Of a DNA stretch of 64,000 bases, positions 10,372 through 21,402 are shown in pieces. This DNA is from Nitrosopumilus sp. (GTDB lineage: Archaea; Thermoproteota; Nitrososphaeria; Nitrososphaerales; Nitrosopumilaceae), in assembly GCA_965224195.1 (NCBI GenBank), contig OZ245040.1:640001-704000 (forward strand), given 5' to 3'. The translations under genes were made by a program, and so were the position numbers. The notes below the pieces were generated by a model. It saw only the letters and a list, made by a program, of their open reading frames with translations, was not told where the DNA came from and ran no database searches. Every line of letters begins with the position of its first letter. The stretch's first letter is position 1.

Positions 10372-11835
10372 TTGCTCAAAAACATGAAACTGATTTGGGT
10401 AATAGTTCCATTGATTTTGATAGTTTCTATGATTGGGTTTGTAGTATCTGAATCTTTTGCAGAAGAATCATCTATTGATACTAGACAAAAATCCTACCAT
10501 GATAATGGCTTTTCAATTAGCTATCCTGCAAACTGGAGAGCCGATGATTCATTTTGCGATGCCTTTGATTTTCCAATTCATCAGCCATCTGCTGAATCAG
10601 CTGTATTTTCTAGAAGTGTACCTGGAATGCCATTAATCACAATTTTTAAACTTGAGAATCAACCTTATGCTGATTATGATGATCAACAGTATTTGGAATT
10701 TTCAATTTCTTTAGCTGAGAAACAATGTGATGATACTTTGGAAACCTTTGGTTACACTTGTAAGGATTATTCATCTGATGCAAAAATTATTGCTGCTAAT
10801 GGTACAACTGCGTTTAAAATTATACATATTTGGAAAGAAGATTATGGTGAAGGATTAGACATAGAGCGAACTAGTGTGATAATTGATATTCCGCAAGATG
10901 ATAACATATGGACCATTCAAAGCGTTAATCGTGCAATAGATGGAGAATATTTTGTTCCACATGGAGAAATTGATTTGGCAATTAATTCGTTCAAGTTTGA
11001 ACCATCTGTTAAAATTGATGATGAAATTCAAGAGTCATCCTCCGAAAAAATAAAAGAAACTGCTAAAATGAAATGGATTAATCAAATGTTGGAAAAACCA
11101 ATTAAACTTGAAGAGACATACACAAATACTAAATTTGGTTTTTCAATAAATTACCCAAAAGATTGGTATGTGCATGATGAAATAATGTCATATTCTCCTA
11201 TATGGGGACTTGATTCTGGTTCTGATGTTTTGGTATTTTTGTCACCTAGGCATTTTGAAACAGAAACACCATACATTGCAGTTAGTTTAATCAAAGATTA
11301 TTATGCAACAAAATATGAAAGTACAGAATATTTAGATTTCATTACAGATGAGGCATTTGAAACATGTAAAAACACTAAGAGACATTTTGATTTTGACTGT
11401 ACAAACCATTCTGTAATGAGTGTTGGATTTCCAATTATAGATGGAAACCAAGCATATGGATTTCAAGATACATGGAATAATGTTTTTGATGATGGTTCTA
11501 CAATTATGAAATCAAATGGCATTACACTTGATGTTATAACAGGAAAAAACGTGTGGAGAATTGTAGGTGAGAATTTCCCAATAGATGATGAATACTTGAT
11601 TGGTAATAGAACCATGCTTGAATCTGTACTAAGTTTTGAATTTGTTGATTCTGATGTAATTTTACAATCGGATTCAATTTTGATAGAATCTGATCCTGAA
11701 TTTTTCCCAACATGTGGTGCAGGAACTGAATTAGTAAATGGAATTTGTAAAGTCATTAAAATAGATGATAAACCATCAGAGGAACCATCATTTATTGAAA
11801 ACATTGTTGGGTTTTTCAAATCTTTGTTTGGTTAA
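10372..11835 (+). CDS. Secreted/surface protein with two PsbP-like repeats and a C-terminal CGAGT..VNGIC motif
   Basis: Signal peptide, GFSI(S/N)YP..W twice, and the thaumarchaeal-type tail ...GFFKSLFG. Confidence 0.75.
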   Translation: MLKNMKLIWVIVPLILIVSMIGFVVSESFAEESSIDTRQKSYHDNGFSISYPANWRADDSFCDAFDFPIHQPSAESAVFSRSVPGMPLITIFKLENQPYADYDDQQYLEFSISLAEKQCDDTLETFGYTCKDYSSDAKIIAANGTTAFKIIHIWKEDYGEGLDIERTSVIIDIPQDDNIWTIQSVNRAIDGEYFVPHGEIDLAINSFKFEPSVKIDDEIQESSSEKIKETAKMKWINQMLEKPIKLEETYTNTKFGFSINYPKDWYVHDEIMSYSPIWGLDSGSDVLVFLSPRHFETETPYIAVSLIKDYYATKYESTEYLDFITDEAFETCKNTKRHFDFDCTNHSVMSVGFPIIDGNQAYGFQDTWNNVFDDGSTIMKSNGITLDVITGKNVWRIVGENFPIDDEYLIGNRTMLESVLSFEFVDSDVILQSDSILIESDPEFFPTCGAGTELVNGICKVIKIDDKPSEEPSFIENIVGFFKSLFG

Positions 11836-12098
11836 CAGCAAAATAATTTTCCCGTAACTTGCAGCAAGTGCCAAAACTAGCAATTCTGACACCTAAATCC
11901 TTTCATAATCTATGCAGGATTGTGTGGATTATGCTAAATTATGATTGGTTCTTGCAAAAAATTCAAATCTTGACTTAAAATTTACTTGATTTAACAAAAG
12001 ATAGTACACTTTATGAGATATTTATGAAAAATTAGATTATGATTGTAATACATGAAAAGTAGAGATATTTTTAAATTTAGACCTAATTAACAATACAC

Positions 12099-13028
12099 AT
12101 GGAAACATATCTGATGGCTATAATTGCAATTGCCATTATTGGAGGAATCATATTTTTGTCCGGACTGAAAATTATACGACCTACACATAGAGCAGCCGTA
12201 GAAACATTAGGAAAATTTTCAGCGTTTAAAAGTTCAGGAATTATTTTTGTGGTTCCAATTTTTCAAAAATTGTTTTCTGTAAATATTACTGATACCTTGG
12301 TAGATGTTGAAAAACAATTTGTCATCACAAGAGATAATCTAAATTGTTCAGTAGACGCGCAAATTTATTACAAAGTAGGGGACGATGAAGCAAGTCTGAA
12401 GAAATCCCTCTATTCTGTAAATGATTATGAATATCAGATTGTACAGTTAGCAAAAACAACTCTTAGAAGTATTATTGGCGACAAGGAGTTTAAGATTGTA
12501 AATTCTGATCGAACATCATTGAATCTAGCAGTTTATGATTCTATGAGTAAAGAGGCTGAAAAATGGGGAATTAAAATTGTCAGAGTGGAAGTCAAAGAAA
12601 TTACTCCACCACCAGATGTCCAAGATACCATGAATATGGTGATTAAAGCAGAAAATGACAAACAAAGTGCAGTTAACTTTGCAATTGCAACAGAAACAAA
12701 AGCAGATGGGGAAAAAAAAGCCAATATCAAAATGGCTGAGGGAAGACGAGAGGCAATGATACTTGAAGCAAGAGGGAAAAAAGAATCTCAAGAATTGGTT
12801 GCAGAGGGAGAAGCAAAAGCCATTGAACTCGTAAACAATGCTGCCAATGAATTCTTTATTGAGAATGCACAAATTTTGAAAAAACTTCAAGTCACAGAAG
12901 AATCATTAAAGAATAATTCTAAAATTATAGTAACAAAGGATGGGATTGATCCAACACTTGTTATTAATGAGAATAATGATACAGTGATTCCAATACCATC
13001 CAAAAAAAGTAGGTATCGGAATGAATAA
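12099..13028 (+). CDS. SPFH/Band 7 (stomatin/QmcA-like) protein
   Basis: N-terminal TM helix, ITRDN, TTLRSIIG, WGIKIVRVEVKEITPP and an AE-rich coiled coil. Confidence 0.92.
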   Translation: METYLMAIIAIAIIGGIIFLSGLKIIRPTHRAAVETLGKFSAFKSSGIIFVVPIFQKLFSVNITDTLVDVEKQFVITRDNLNCSVDAQIYYKVGDDEASLKKSLYSVNDYEYQIVQLAKTTLRSIIGDKEFKIVNSDRTSLNLAVYDSMSKEAEKWGIKIVRVEVKEITPPPDVQDTMNMVIKAENDKQSAVNFAIATETKADGEKKANIKMAEGRREAMILEARGKKESQELVAEGEAKAIELVNNAANEFFIENAQILKKLQVTEESLKNNSKIIVTKDGIDPTLVINENNDTVIPIPSKKSRYRNE

Positions 13029-13064
13029 TAAATAAACTAGATGCTCTCTTTAGTAATTAAACAT

Positions 13065-15932
13065 TCATTCAATTAAAATCGCTGGTTTGAAAGGTCTTGC
13101 ATGTCTAGCCTTTCCTTTTGGATCATAAATGTCACTATCTGATTCTGAATATACTGTAATGTCAACTCCGAATTCCTTCTTTCCAACGCTAGCTAGTTCG
13201 GATGATAAAAATTCTTTTTCATCAAATGAATCTGATTTTAATTTCATATTTTTGATTTCTTCAGACTCTGAATGTAAATTCTTGATTACTTTTTGAATAT
13301 AGTCTGGCATTTTTTTAGCATCTGTAGTCTCAGGATCTGCAATTAATTCCTTCATTACAACTCCCATGTTGTTTTGACCACCTACCATTATACTCAATAT
13401 TTTTCTATACACTTTGGATTTCATAGAGTCAGAATTTACATAGAGTACAATTTTCTTTGGATTAATTTTTATAACTTTGAGAATATTTGCAATATCGTCT
13501 ATGGTACTTTTGAGTAAATTCTCTGATTGAATTGCAGTAGCATCAATCTCATCTTTAGAATGTACAGGCCATACTGATTTTGATACTTGGCTATCATTTC
13601 CAAGCTTCTCCCACATTTCCTCAGCTATGTGTGGTGCAAATGGAGACAACATTGCAACTCGAGCAGAATTTATTTTATACAATATTCCTGAAACATCTTC
13701 TCTACCTTTAGCTTCAACTCGTTTGTTGTACCAACTCAAATCTGATTCAAATGAAAACAAAATCTCATGCAATCCCTCCCTTAATCTCATCTTTTCAAGG
13801 GATTCAGTAACTGTACCAATCACGCTCTGAGTTTTTGATAAAATCCATCTATCTTCTGCTTGTAACTCTGAAATTGGTTCATTTTTGAGCCTAGAGCACT
13901 CTTCTAGTAATGATTCTAGCTTGTTTTGAATACCATATACTGATTCCATGTTAAAATCAGCATCTTGAAGTAACTCAGCTGATGAAATTATTGCTAGTCT
14001 AATTGGATCTGCACCATGGTCTCTGATTGCAGTACGCAATGGAATGATATTTCCCATACTCTTACTCATTTTAGCACCATCCATCATGACACTACCATTA
14101 ACTACAATTTCTTGTGGCCATAATTTTTTCTCAAATATTGCAACATGATTAAGAACAAAAAATGATAGATGATTCTGTACCAAATCTCTACCTGAATGTC
14201 TTGAATCAACTGGATAGAAATATTGGAATTCTTTTTTCAATGTATTGATCACATCCTCTGTAAGATTGGATGTACTAACAGCTAGAGACAAATCTCCTTT
14301 ATCTAATAAAATATAATCAAATAATTCTCGAGTTAAATTTTCAGGTGTTATAGTTCCATCATTAACAAATCGTGAAATTGTATAGTATGCCATGTAAATC
14401 ACACTATCTGAAAGTGACTCTACAATCCAATCTTTATCCCATGGTAACTTTGTTCCCAATCCTTGTTGTCTTGCACATGCTCGCTCGTGCAACCAATCAA
14501 TTACTTCTTTGAATTCTGTTCTGAGGTTACTTGGTAGAATGTTCATCTCATCAAAACAATTGCGAGCAAGTTCTTTCCATTCTTCATCTCCGTAATTCAA
14601 AAACCATTGATTGTTCAATATTTTAACAACACATTCTGCACCACATCTACAATGCACTGGTGCATTCTCAAGTACTGGGAATTTTTCTAGGATGTTCTTT
14701 TCTTCTAACCATGCTCGTACCTTGTCTCGTCCAAACTGAACTTTTTCATTGTTGAATTGATCACATTTTTCATTTAACTTTCCATCTGTGAATTCTTTGA
14801 GATACAACTCTTTTGTTGCCTCTTCTAATTTCTCATCTGTTTGGTTTGCAACTCCTAATTTTTCACAAATTTGTTTTGCAGGGTATACATCATATCCTGG
14901 AGTTACAATAATTGGAATAGGCTCGATTTTGGATGCTAATTCATGATTTTTGGCCTTGAGATCCATTAATGCCTGGTAATCTTTTGGAGCGTGAGCTGGC
15001 ACTGACATTACTAATCCTGTACCCATTCCAGGCTCTACAAACTCTGCCTCTAAAATTGGAATCTCTACTCCATTGTGATTTGTAGCATATTTTCCAATAA
15101 CCTCACTACTTGGTATATCGCCAATTACTTTGACCTCTTTTTCAAAGAATTCTATTTTCTTTGCACATTGCTCAGCAACTATCCATGTTTCATTATCAAC
15201 TGTAACTTTTTTATATATTACATTTGGATTGACCCACAAATTAGTTACACCAAAAACTGTTTCAGGTCGTAACGTTGTAACTGGGAAAATAAATTCACCA
15301 AACTTGAATTTGACTAGGAAATTTTTATCATCAATTTTGGGTTCAACATCCCCCATTGTATCGTGCTGTGATACAGGATTTTGATCTTTAGGACACCATC
15401 CCACTGGATGACTACCCTGAATGATTTTACCATTTTCTTTCAGTGTGGTAATTTGCCACTCGATAAATTTCTGATAACCTGGAACTATAGTAGTGAATTC
15501 TCGTCTCCAATCAATGGAATAACCCATCTCTATCATTCCAGATTTTATTTCTTCATGGAAATAATCTGCAATCTTTATTGGTTCAACAAATGTTTTGATA
15601 TCCTCTTCTGAAACATGATATACATTTCTCAATCCATCAAGAATTTCTTTTTCTCCAGCTTGAATTCTTTTGGCCATACCTAACACAGGAGTTCCAGTAT
15701 AATGAAATCCCATTGGGAACAATACGTTATACCCTTGCATTCGATAATACCTTGCGTGAACATCAGCTAGCGTGTATGTTCTGCCATGTCCAATGTGTTG
15801 TGGAGAGTTTGGATACGGATAAGCTACTGTGATAAATTTTTTTGGTTTCTCATTTGGGTTTGTCTCAAAGTTTTTTGATTCAATCCATTTGTTTCGCCAT
15901 TTAGTTTCTATTTCATTCCAGTTAATCGTCAT
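13065..15932 (-). CDS. leuS: Leucine--tRNA ligase (archaeal type)
   Basis: HIGH and KMSKS motifs, CP1 editing TTLRPET, and C-terminal A.PFKPAILIE. Confidence 0.97.
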   Translation of the reverse strand: MTINWNEIETKWRNKWIESKNFETNPNEKPKKFITVAYPYPNSPQHIGHGRTYTLADVHARYYRMQGYNVLFPMGFHYTGTPVLGMAKRIQAGEKEILDGLRNVYHVSEEDIKTFVEPIKIADYFHEEIKSGMIEMGYSIDWRREFTTIVPGYQKFIEWQITTLKENGKIIQGSHPVGWCPKDQNPVSQHDTMGDVEPKIDDKNFLVKFKFGEFIFPVTTLRPETVFGVTNLWVNPNVIYKKVTVDNETWIVAEQCAKKIEFFEKEVKVIGDIPSSEVIGKYATNHNGVEIPILEAEFVEPGMGTGLVMSVPAHAPKDYQALMDLKAKNHELASKIEPIPIIVTPGYDVYPAKQICEKLGVANQTDEKLEEATKELYLKEFTDGKLNEKCDQFNNEKVQFGRDKVRAWLEEKNILEKFPVLENAPVHCRCGAECVVKILNNQWFLNYGDEEWKELARNCFDEMNILPSNLRTEFKEVIDWLHERACARQQGLGTKLPWDKDWIVESLSDSVIYMAYYTISRFVNDGTITPENLTRELFDYILLDKGDLSLAVSTSNLTEDVINTLKKEFQYFYPVDSRHSGRDLVQNHLSFFVLNHVAIFEKKLWPQEIVVNGSVMMDGAKMSKSMGNIIPLRTAIRDHGADPIRLAIISSAELLQDADFNMESVYGIQNKLESLLEECSRLKNEPISELQAEDRWILSKTQSVIGTVTESLEKMRLREGLHEILFSFESDLSWYNKRVEAKGREDVSGILYKINSARVAMLSPFAPHIAEEMWEKLGNDSQVSKSVWPVHSKDEIDATAIQSENLLKSTIDDIANILKVIKINPKKIVLYVNSDSMKSKVYRKILSIMVGGQNNMGVVMKELIADPETTDAKKMPDYIQKVIKNLHSESEEIKNMKLKSDSFDEKEFLSSELASVGKKEFGVDITVYSESDSDIYDPKGKARHARPFKPAILIE

Positions 15933-15936
15933 AATA

Positions 15937-17750
15937 TCATCCTAAAATCATTGATTTTGCTTTGATTATTGCCTGCTCTTTTTTAGATGTGTCCTTTCCT
16001 CCCCCTTGAGCAAATTTAGCATCACCGCCACCAGAACCGCCTAAAATTGAGGCTATTTCCTTGGCTATTTCACCCGCATTTACGCCTGAATTTACTCCGG
16101 CATACACCATAATTCTAACAGTTGGTCCTGCTTCAAAAATTCCACAAAATGCAGCTGTACCATCTTTGGCAACTAATTTCTTACCAAAGTTTTGATGGAA
16201 ATAATCATCATAGTTTGGACTGGAAGTAAAGCAGATTTTATTTTTAATTGTAATCTCATCTAGTTCTCCTGATTGGCCACCAAGAATCTTTTCTAGCAAA
16301 ATAGGAATCTGCTTTCTTGCTTTATCTTTATTTTCTTCGCGTTGTTTATCTAATTTTTCTTTAGCAATATCATCTACAACCTGTTTCTTTGATTTTTCTT
16401 CTTGGTCTTTTACATATTGAAAAGCTGTTGGTCCTGAGACAAATTCTATACGAACTACTCCGTCTTGAATTCGTTTAGTCTTTGTAATTTTGATTAACTC
16501 AATATCTCCCGTCTTCTTTACATGTGTACCCCCACATGCTTCAATATCTTTATTCTCAATTGATACAATTCTAACTGACTTTACTGGAACTACGCCGCCC
16601 TGATAAATTCTAAAACCATACTTTTGTTCTGCAGTTCCTCTATCGTAATAATCAATGTTTACTGGATAATCCTCTTTTACCATTTGATTAGCTGCATCTT
16701 CAATCTGTTTTACTTGTTCATCAGTTAATGATGAATGGTGTGTAATGTCTAGTCTGGCATGATCATGGTCTTTAAACGCAGAGTGTTGCCAAATCCAAGA
16801 ACCTAACACTCCTCTTGATGATGCATTGATGATGTGAGTACTGGTGTGGTTTTTTGTAATGTTTGCACGACGTATTTCATCTACCTTACAAGATACAGTA
16901 TCGCCTTCTTTTGGAACCCCGCCTTCTAGATTGTGAACAATAATGTTTGCATGTTTATCTGCATTAACCACATTAAATCCTGCAATGGTTCCTAAGTCTG
17001 GTTCTTGTCCTCCACCTCTTGCATAAAATGAAGTTTTATCTAGTACGACTTGATCATCAAAGACCTTGATTACTTTGGCCTCAAACTCCATTGGGTCGTC
17101 TTTGTAAAATAGAGTCTCAGTTTCAGGTAACTCTTCTAGTGGAAGTTCCGTGATTGCCTTTTTCTTTTCAGACTGGTGCAAATCAGATAGTTTAGAGTAA
17201 AATTGTGATGGGATTTCAGAAATCGCATCAACTTCTTTGAGATATTCAGGTGTAATACCATCTGATTCGTATAGAGTAATCAATTCATCCACTGATGGCA
17301 CTCCTTTTTCACGAATCTTTTCTGCCTTTTTCTTCATGTGGACTTTGGAATCTTCATATCTTGCAGATTCTAGCTTGAGAATTATTTTGACATCTTCTCT
17401 TTTCTCATCAAGTTTTGGATAGGTATCTTTGAGATAGTCAATATGAGTATCAATCAAATCATCAATGTCTAATTTTAGATTTAATCTGTTAATCGTTCCA
17501 TTAATTCTTCGTAACATCATTCTAAGATTATACCCTCCACCAACATTACTTGGTAATGCGCCATCTGTAATTGCAAAGATTAGAGTTCGTAAATGGTCTG
17601 CAATTAGATAGATTCCTTCAAGCGGTGTGATCATTTTGTTTAGTTGATCCTCTGTAATTCCGGCATTTTTCACTGCAAGATGTCTTACTTCATTCAGATC
17701 ATCGAAATGATCAATCTCTTTTGCAATTTCTGTAAAGTATTTTTTTAAAA
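15937..17750 (-). pseudogene. alaS: Alanine--tRNA ligase, C-terminal ~2/3 only (N-terminal catalytic domain missing)
   Basis: Contains IADHLRTL, PSNVGGGYNLR, editing motifs HTSTH/CGGTH and C-Ala GGSGGG..FAQGGG. The frame is AlaRS-like to ~17750, then hits TAA TAA just after the fen stop. The only in-frame start near the boundary is GTG at 17673. Confidence 0.85.
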
Positions 17751-17779
17751 TTAGATTGACTGGTTATTAAATTGAAATC

Positions 17780-18799
17780 TTAGAACCATTGATCGAGATT
17801 TTGACTCTTTTTTTCTAATGCCTTTTTTAACCTGTTTAAAGTAGATTGAATTCTGTCTTCAGAGAAACTTCTTTCTTTAAGATATTTCATGACTCCTTCA
17901 TAATCTACTTCATTAAACACAATTTCATCAACTTCTGCTACTTCGGGATTTAAGAATATCTTTCTTATTTGTTGGAACTCAATTTCTGCTAATTGTTCTT
18001 GTATTTGTGGTATGTCCTCTAATCTTGAGTGCTGTTTAATTAATTTCATTGCAGTCTTTGGGCCAATTCTCTCAAATCCATTTGGATTAAAATCTGTACC
18101 AATTAAAATTCCAACATCAATTAACTCTTCTCTGGTCATTCCAATTGCATCAAGTGTTTTCTGAGTTTCAATAATTTCTGGTACAACATCGATGTATGTA
18201 TTTCTGTTGGGGATTTTTCTTCTTCCACTACTTGTAAAATTTCTTACTAGTCTTTTTGCACCACATAATACGGAATCATAATCTTGACTTGCTGAAGCAT
18301 ATGCTTGTCCTGTGTTTGTTAAATAAGCTGCAGTTGCTTCTCCTTCTGATGGTGCTTCGATATATGGAATGCCAAAATATGTGAGAAATTGTTTTGATTC
18401 TTTTACCATTCCATCTCTCATGCTAGTTGTTTGTTGTGCAAATTTCCTTGCATCTTCCATATTTCCTTCTGCAACTGCTTTTTCATATTTTACCGTGGCA
18501 TCTCTTTTGATTTGTTTTCTACGCTCAATTTCCGCAGTTTTTAGTGATGGTGGCTTTCCATCAAAAACGTATACTGGCTGAATTCCTAATGATAGAAAAT
18601 TGACATTTCTATACAGTAATCCGCTTAGATGACTGGTTATCCTTCCTTCAGAATCTGTTAATTGTAGTCCGTCTGGCCCTCTAATGCTTGCCAAAAATTG
18701 GTAAATTGCATTGTATGCATCTATTGCAATTACTCTGTTTGAAAATGCTTCAAGGGTAGTTTTCTCCCTTACTACCAAATCCTTTAGGTTCAATCCCAT
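17780..18799 (-). CDS. fen: Flap endonuclease-1
   Basis: Motifs [30 protein letters not shown] and GTDFN, plus PIP box QNLDQWF. Confidence 0.97.
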   Translation of the reverse strand: MGLNLKDLVVREKTTLEAFSNRVIAIDAYNAIYQFLASIRGPDGLQLTDSEGRITSHLSGLLYRNVNFLSLGIQPVYVFDGKPPSLKTAEIERRKQIKRDATVKYEKAVAEGNMEDARKFAQQTTSMRDGMVKESKQFLTYFGIPYIEAPSEGEATAAYLTNTGQAYASASQDYDSVLCGAKRLVRNFTSSGRRKIPNRNTYIDVVPEIIETQKTLDAIGMTREELIDVGILIGTDFNPNGFERIGPKTAMKLIKQHSRLEDIPQIQEQLAEIEFQQIRKIFLNPEVAEVDEIVFNEVDYEGVMKYLKERSFSEDRIQSTLNRLKKALEKKSQNLDQWF

Positions 18800-19080
18800 G
18801 GAATTTGTTGTGTTTATGAGGTATTTTGTGTTTATCTTTTATTTTTGATCTATGTTTTTGTTGTAATTTTAGAAAAACAAGAAATTGTTTCTATTTTAGA
18901 TGATGATACCTTTGATGGGTTTCACTTTATTTTTTCAAATACTGTAAGTGACGAGAAATGGAATAGAACCAAGGATCAAATCAAAAAGAAATTCAATGAT
19001 GAATTATTTGATATTGATAATGTTTGATCTTTACAGTCTTTTCTGATTTGCTTTATTATGGAGTTATTCTGAGAATAGAT

Positions 19081-19162
19081 GCCGAGATAGCCAAGTAGTA
19101 CGGCGGCCGTCTCGAAAACGGCTACGCGCAAGCGTGCGGGGGTTCGAGTCCCTCTCTCGGCG
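19081..19162 (+). tRNA. tRNA-Ser(CGA)
   Basis: Acceptor GCCGAGA/TCTCGGC, anticodon arm GCCGT-CT-CGA-AA-ACGGC, long variable arm and GGTTCGAGTCC T-arm. Confidence 0.95.
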
Positions 19163-19262
19163 TTTATTCATTTATGGGACGTAAAAACAATGTTCACCAT
19201 ACAATTGATAACAGTTTGTAAAAAGAAGATAAAATACAACAATACATCCTGTTCCAAATATT

Positions 19263-19765
19263 ATCAACTCATCCCAAAACTAACCGCTTAGGCAAATTTT
19301 GATGATCATCGGGATCTGTCTGCATTAACACCAACACTCATTTTCATGAAATTCACAGAAATGACAGATTCGCAATGGAACACAATAAGACCACATCTGC
19401 CAAGACCGGCAAGTACTGGCAGGCAAAGTGCAGACGACAGGACCACAATTGATGCAATAATGTTTGTACTGATTACGGGCTGCAGATGGATTGACCTGCC
19501 TTCAAGGTATGGCTCCAAATCATCTGCACACAGGAGATTCCAAAATCTGCAGCAGAAAGGAATTTGGAAAAAGATTCTCAGATGTGCAATAAAATCAGCA
19601 TACAAGCAAAACAAGATTAACATGCAGAAAATATCAGCTGACTCGTCAACAATCCACAATAAAAAAGGGGGGCGACGTAACTGGATATGACGGATTCAAG
19701 AAGATTCTAGGCACAAAGATACATGTTGCAGCAGAGCAAAACGGATTGCCAATATCAATTGTAGT
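19263..19765 (+). mobile_element. Truncated IS5-family (IS427-group-like) element; orfA 19346..19690, A6G6 frameshift site, orfB truncated
   Basis: orfA reads MTDSQW..I.PHLP...TGCRW.DLP.RYG. AAAAAAGGGGGG lies at 19661-19672. orfB reads GYDGFKKILGTKIHVAAEQNGLPI and then breaks off. Confidence 0.85.
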
Positions 19766-19971
19766 TCTGCTAACTAGTCGACTGATTTGAGTGGGTGCTA
19801 CAGATCGGGTGATGAACTTGTTTATCGTGAAATCATCTGATTTATTCCTGAATTAATTACCACATATAGAATCAAGAGTCCCAAACCAACAACACCGGCA
19901 ACCAAATACTTGATCATAAAATATCTTAGGAATTATTTGTTATAAGTTGAATTTTTAGAAAATAGAAAAAG

Positions 19972-20184
19972 GTGGAAAAAAAATTAACAAATTGTGATCG
20001 ATCCATGCGTAATACATTTAATAATATGATGTGCACATGTAGCATAATGGCTGCAACATATGTACCAAAGTGGGGATTACTTCATAAAAAACAGTCCGAA
20101 AAATTTCAAAAATCACAAAAACATAAAAAAACTGAAAAATGCTCCGACTTTGGCGATTATATGGCGTGGTTAGATGAAAGCTAA
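19972..20184 (+). CDS. Small protein, possible antitoxin (start uncertain)
   Basis: Overlaps the downstream RelE-like ORF; its C-terminus (FGDYMAWLDES) resembles antitoxin tails. Confidence 0.4.
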   Translation: MEKKLTNCDRSMRNTFNNMMCTCSIMAATYVPKWGLLHKKQSEKFQKSQKHKKTEKCSDFGDYMAWLDES

Positions 20185-20485
20185 GAAAATTATTTGGGAT
20201 ATTGCAAAAATCCCGAGCTTCAAAAAAGATTTTACAAAGTTATCTCTCAAAGAAAAATGGGTTGTTAGTCAATCAGTTAATGCTATGAGATATGTAAAAG
20301 ATCCTTCTAAATTATTTCCATATCCTCAATGTGATAGTTGTCCTCCAAACATGTATCTTTTTGGTGTATCTGATGATGGTGTAGGAAATAAAGGATTAGA
20401 AATACAAATTGTAATTGGGAAAGAAACAAAAATACTGTATCCGTTTAATTGTAGAAAATCTAAGTTTGTGAAACAAAAGAAATAA
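20174..20485 (+). CDS. Divergent RelE/ParE-like toxin candidate
   Basis: Basic 103-aa protein with N-terminal W.I.K.PSFKKDF.KL, reminiscent of the RelE fold. Confidence 0.45.
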   Translation: MKAKKIIWDIAKIPSFKKDFTKLSLKEKWVVSQSVNAMRYVKDPSKLFPYPQCDSCPPNMYLFGVSDDGVGNKGLEIQIVIGKETKILYPFNCRKSKFVKQKK

Positions 20486-20490
20486 TTTTT

Positions 20491-21395
20491 GGCGATTATG
20501 TATCTACTGCCCCTAGCATATACTTCAACAATAGATCAAACAATTTACAATCTCTATTGTTGCATCTCCATTCCATTTCTTTGATGTACAACAAAAACTT
20601 TCTTGGACTTGCTCCGTGATGCTTTGCCATATTCTCTTTTGCAAAACTCCAAAACCCCTCAATGCCGTTGATGTATACGTCACCTTTTCCAAACATCTTG
20701 CTGTGATCTATTGCGAGATGTTTGTAGCCGTTGAATACAAGTGAGTCATATCTCTTCCACTTGTCAGTATACACGATGCTGCCTTTCTTGACTTTTCTAA
20801 TCGTACTTTTCAGAAGAGTTTTGGCTTTGACGTTATTTACAATCTCAACATGTACCTTGCCATTTCTCTCTAAAATTCCAAATACAATTGTCTTGTTTTT
20901 GGCACCTCTGCCACGATTTCCCTTTCTTCTGCCTCCAAAATACGCCTCATCAGCCTCAATTTTTCCTTTCAGAACCTTGTCTGTCTTTGCCAGTTCCTCA
21001 AGTATTGAATACCTGATTGTATCAAATGCTTTCAAGGTGGTCTTGTAGCTTAGACGTACCTGTTCTGATGCAGTCTTTGCAGAAACTGACAGCTCAAAGA
21101 GCTTGATTAGTGAGAGCCATGTGGAATATGGAATTCTAATCAAAGAGAACTTTGATGCAGAAAACGGTTTGAAATCTTTCTGACATTTTGTGCATCTCAT
21201 TCTGTCTCTGCTTTTCATGGTGTAGAGAGTTTTGTTTTTGCAGAAAGGACAGGGAATATTCTTAGTGTATTTTGATTCTAGGGATTGTATTGGCAATGAT
21301 TCATCAGAGATTATTTTTGCAAATGATACAAAGTCCATCCAACATTGTTGAAAATTATTCCATAATAATCTAGGGGCAGTAGATATCCAATCACC
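20491..21395 (-). mobile_element. IS1595-family insertion sequence, apparently complete
   Basis: TIRs GGCGATTATGTATCTACTGCCCCTAG (20491-20516) and inverse at 21370-21395; AATTTTT is duplicated on both flanks. Confidence 0.93.
20496..21338 (-). CDS. IS1595 (ISXO2-like) transposase
   Basis: Zn finger CPFC...CTKC, IEADEAYFGG, VYTD and NGIEGFWS. Confidence 0.95.
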   Translation of the reverse strand: MDFVSFAKIISDESLPIQSLESKYTKNIPCPFCKNKTLYTMKSRDRMRCTKCQKDFKPFSASKFSLIRIPYSTWLSLIKLFELSVSAKTASEQVRLSYKTTLKAFDTIRYSILEELAKTDKVLKGKIEADEAYFGGRRKGNRGRGAKNKTIVFGILERNGKVHVEIVNNVKAKTLLKSTIRKVKKGSIVYTDKWKRYDSLVFNGYKHLAIDHSKMFGKGDVYINGIEGFWSFAKENMAKHHGASPRKFLLYIKEMEWRCNNRDCKLFDLLLKYMLGAVDT

Positions 21396-21402
21396 AATTT
21401 TT

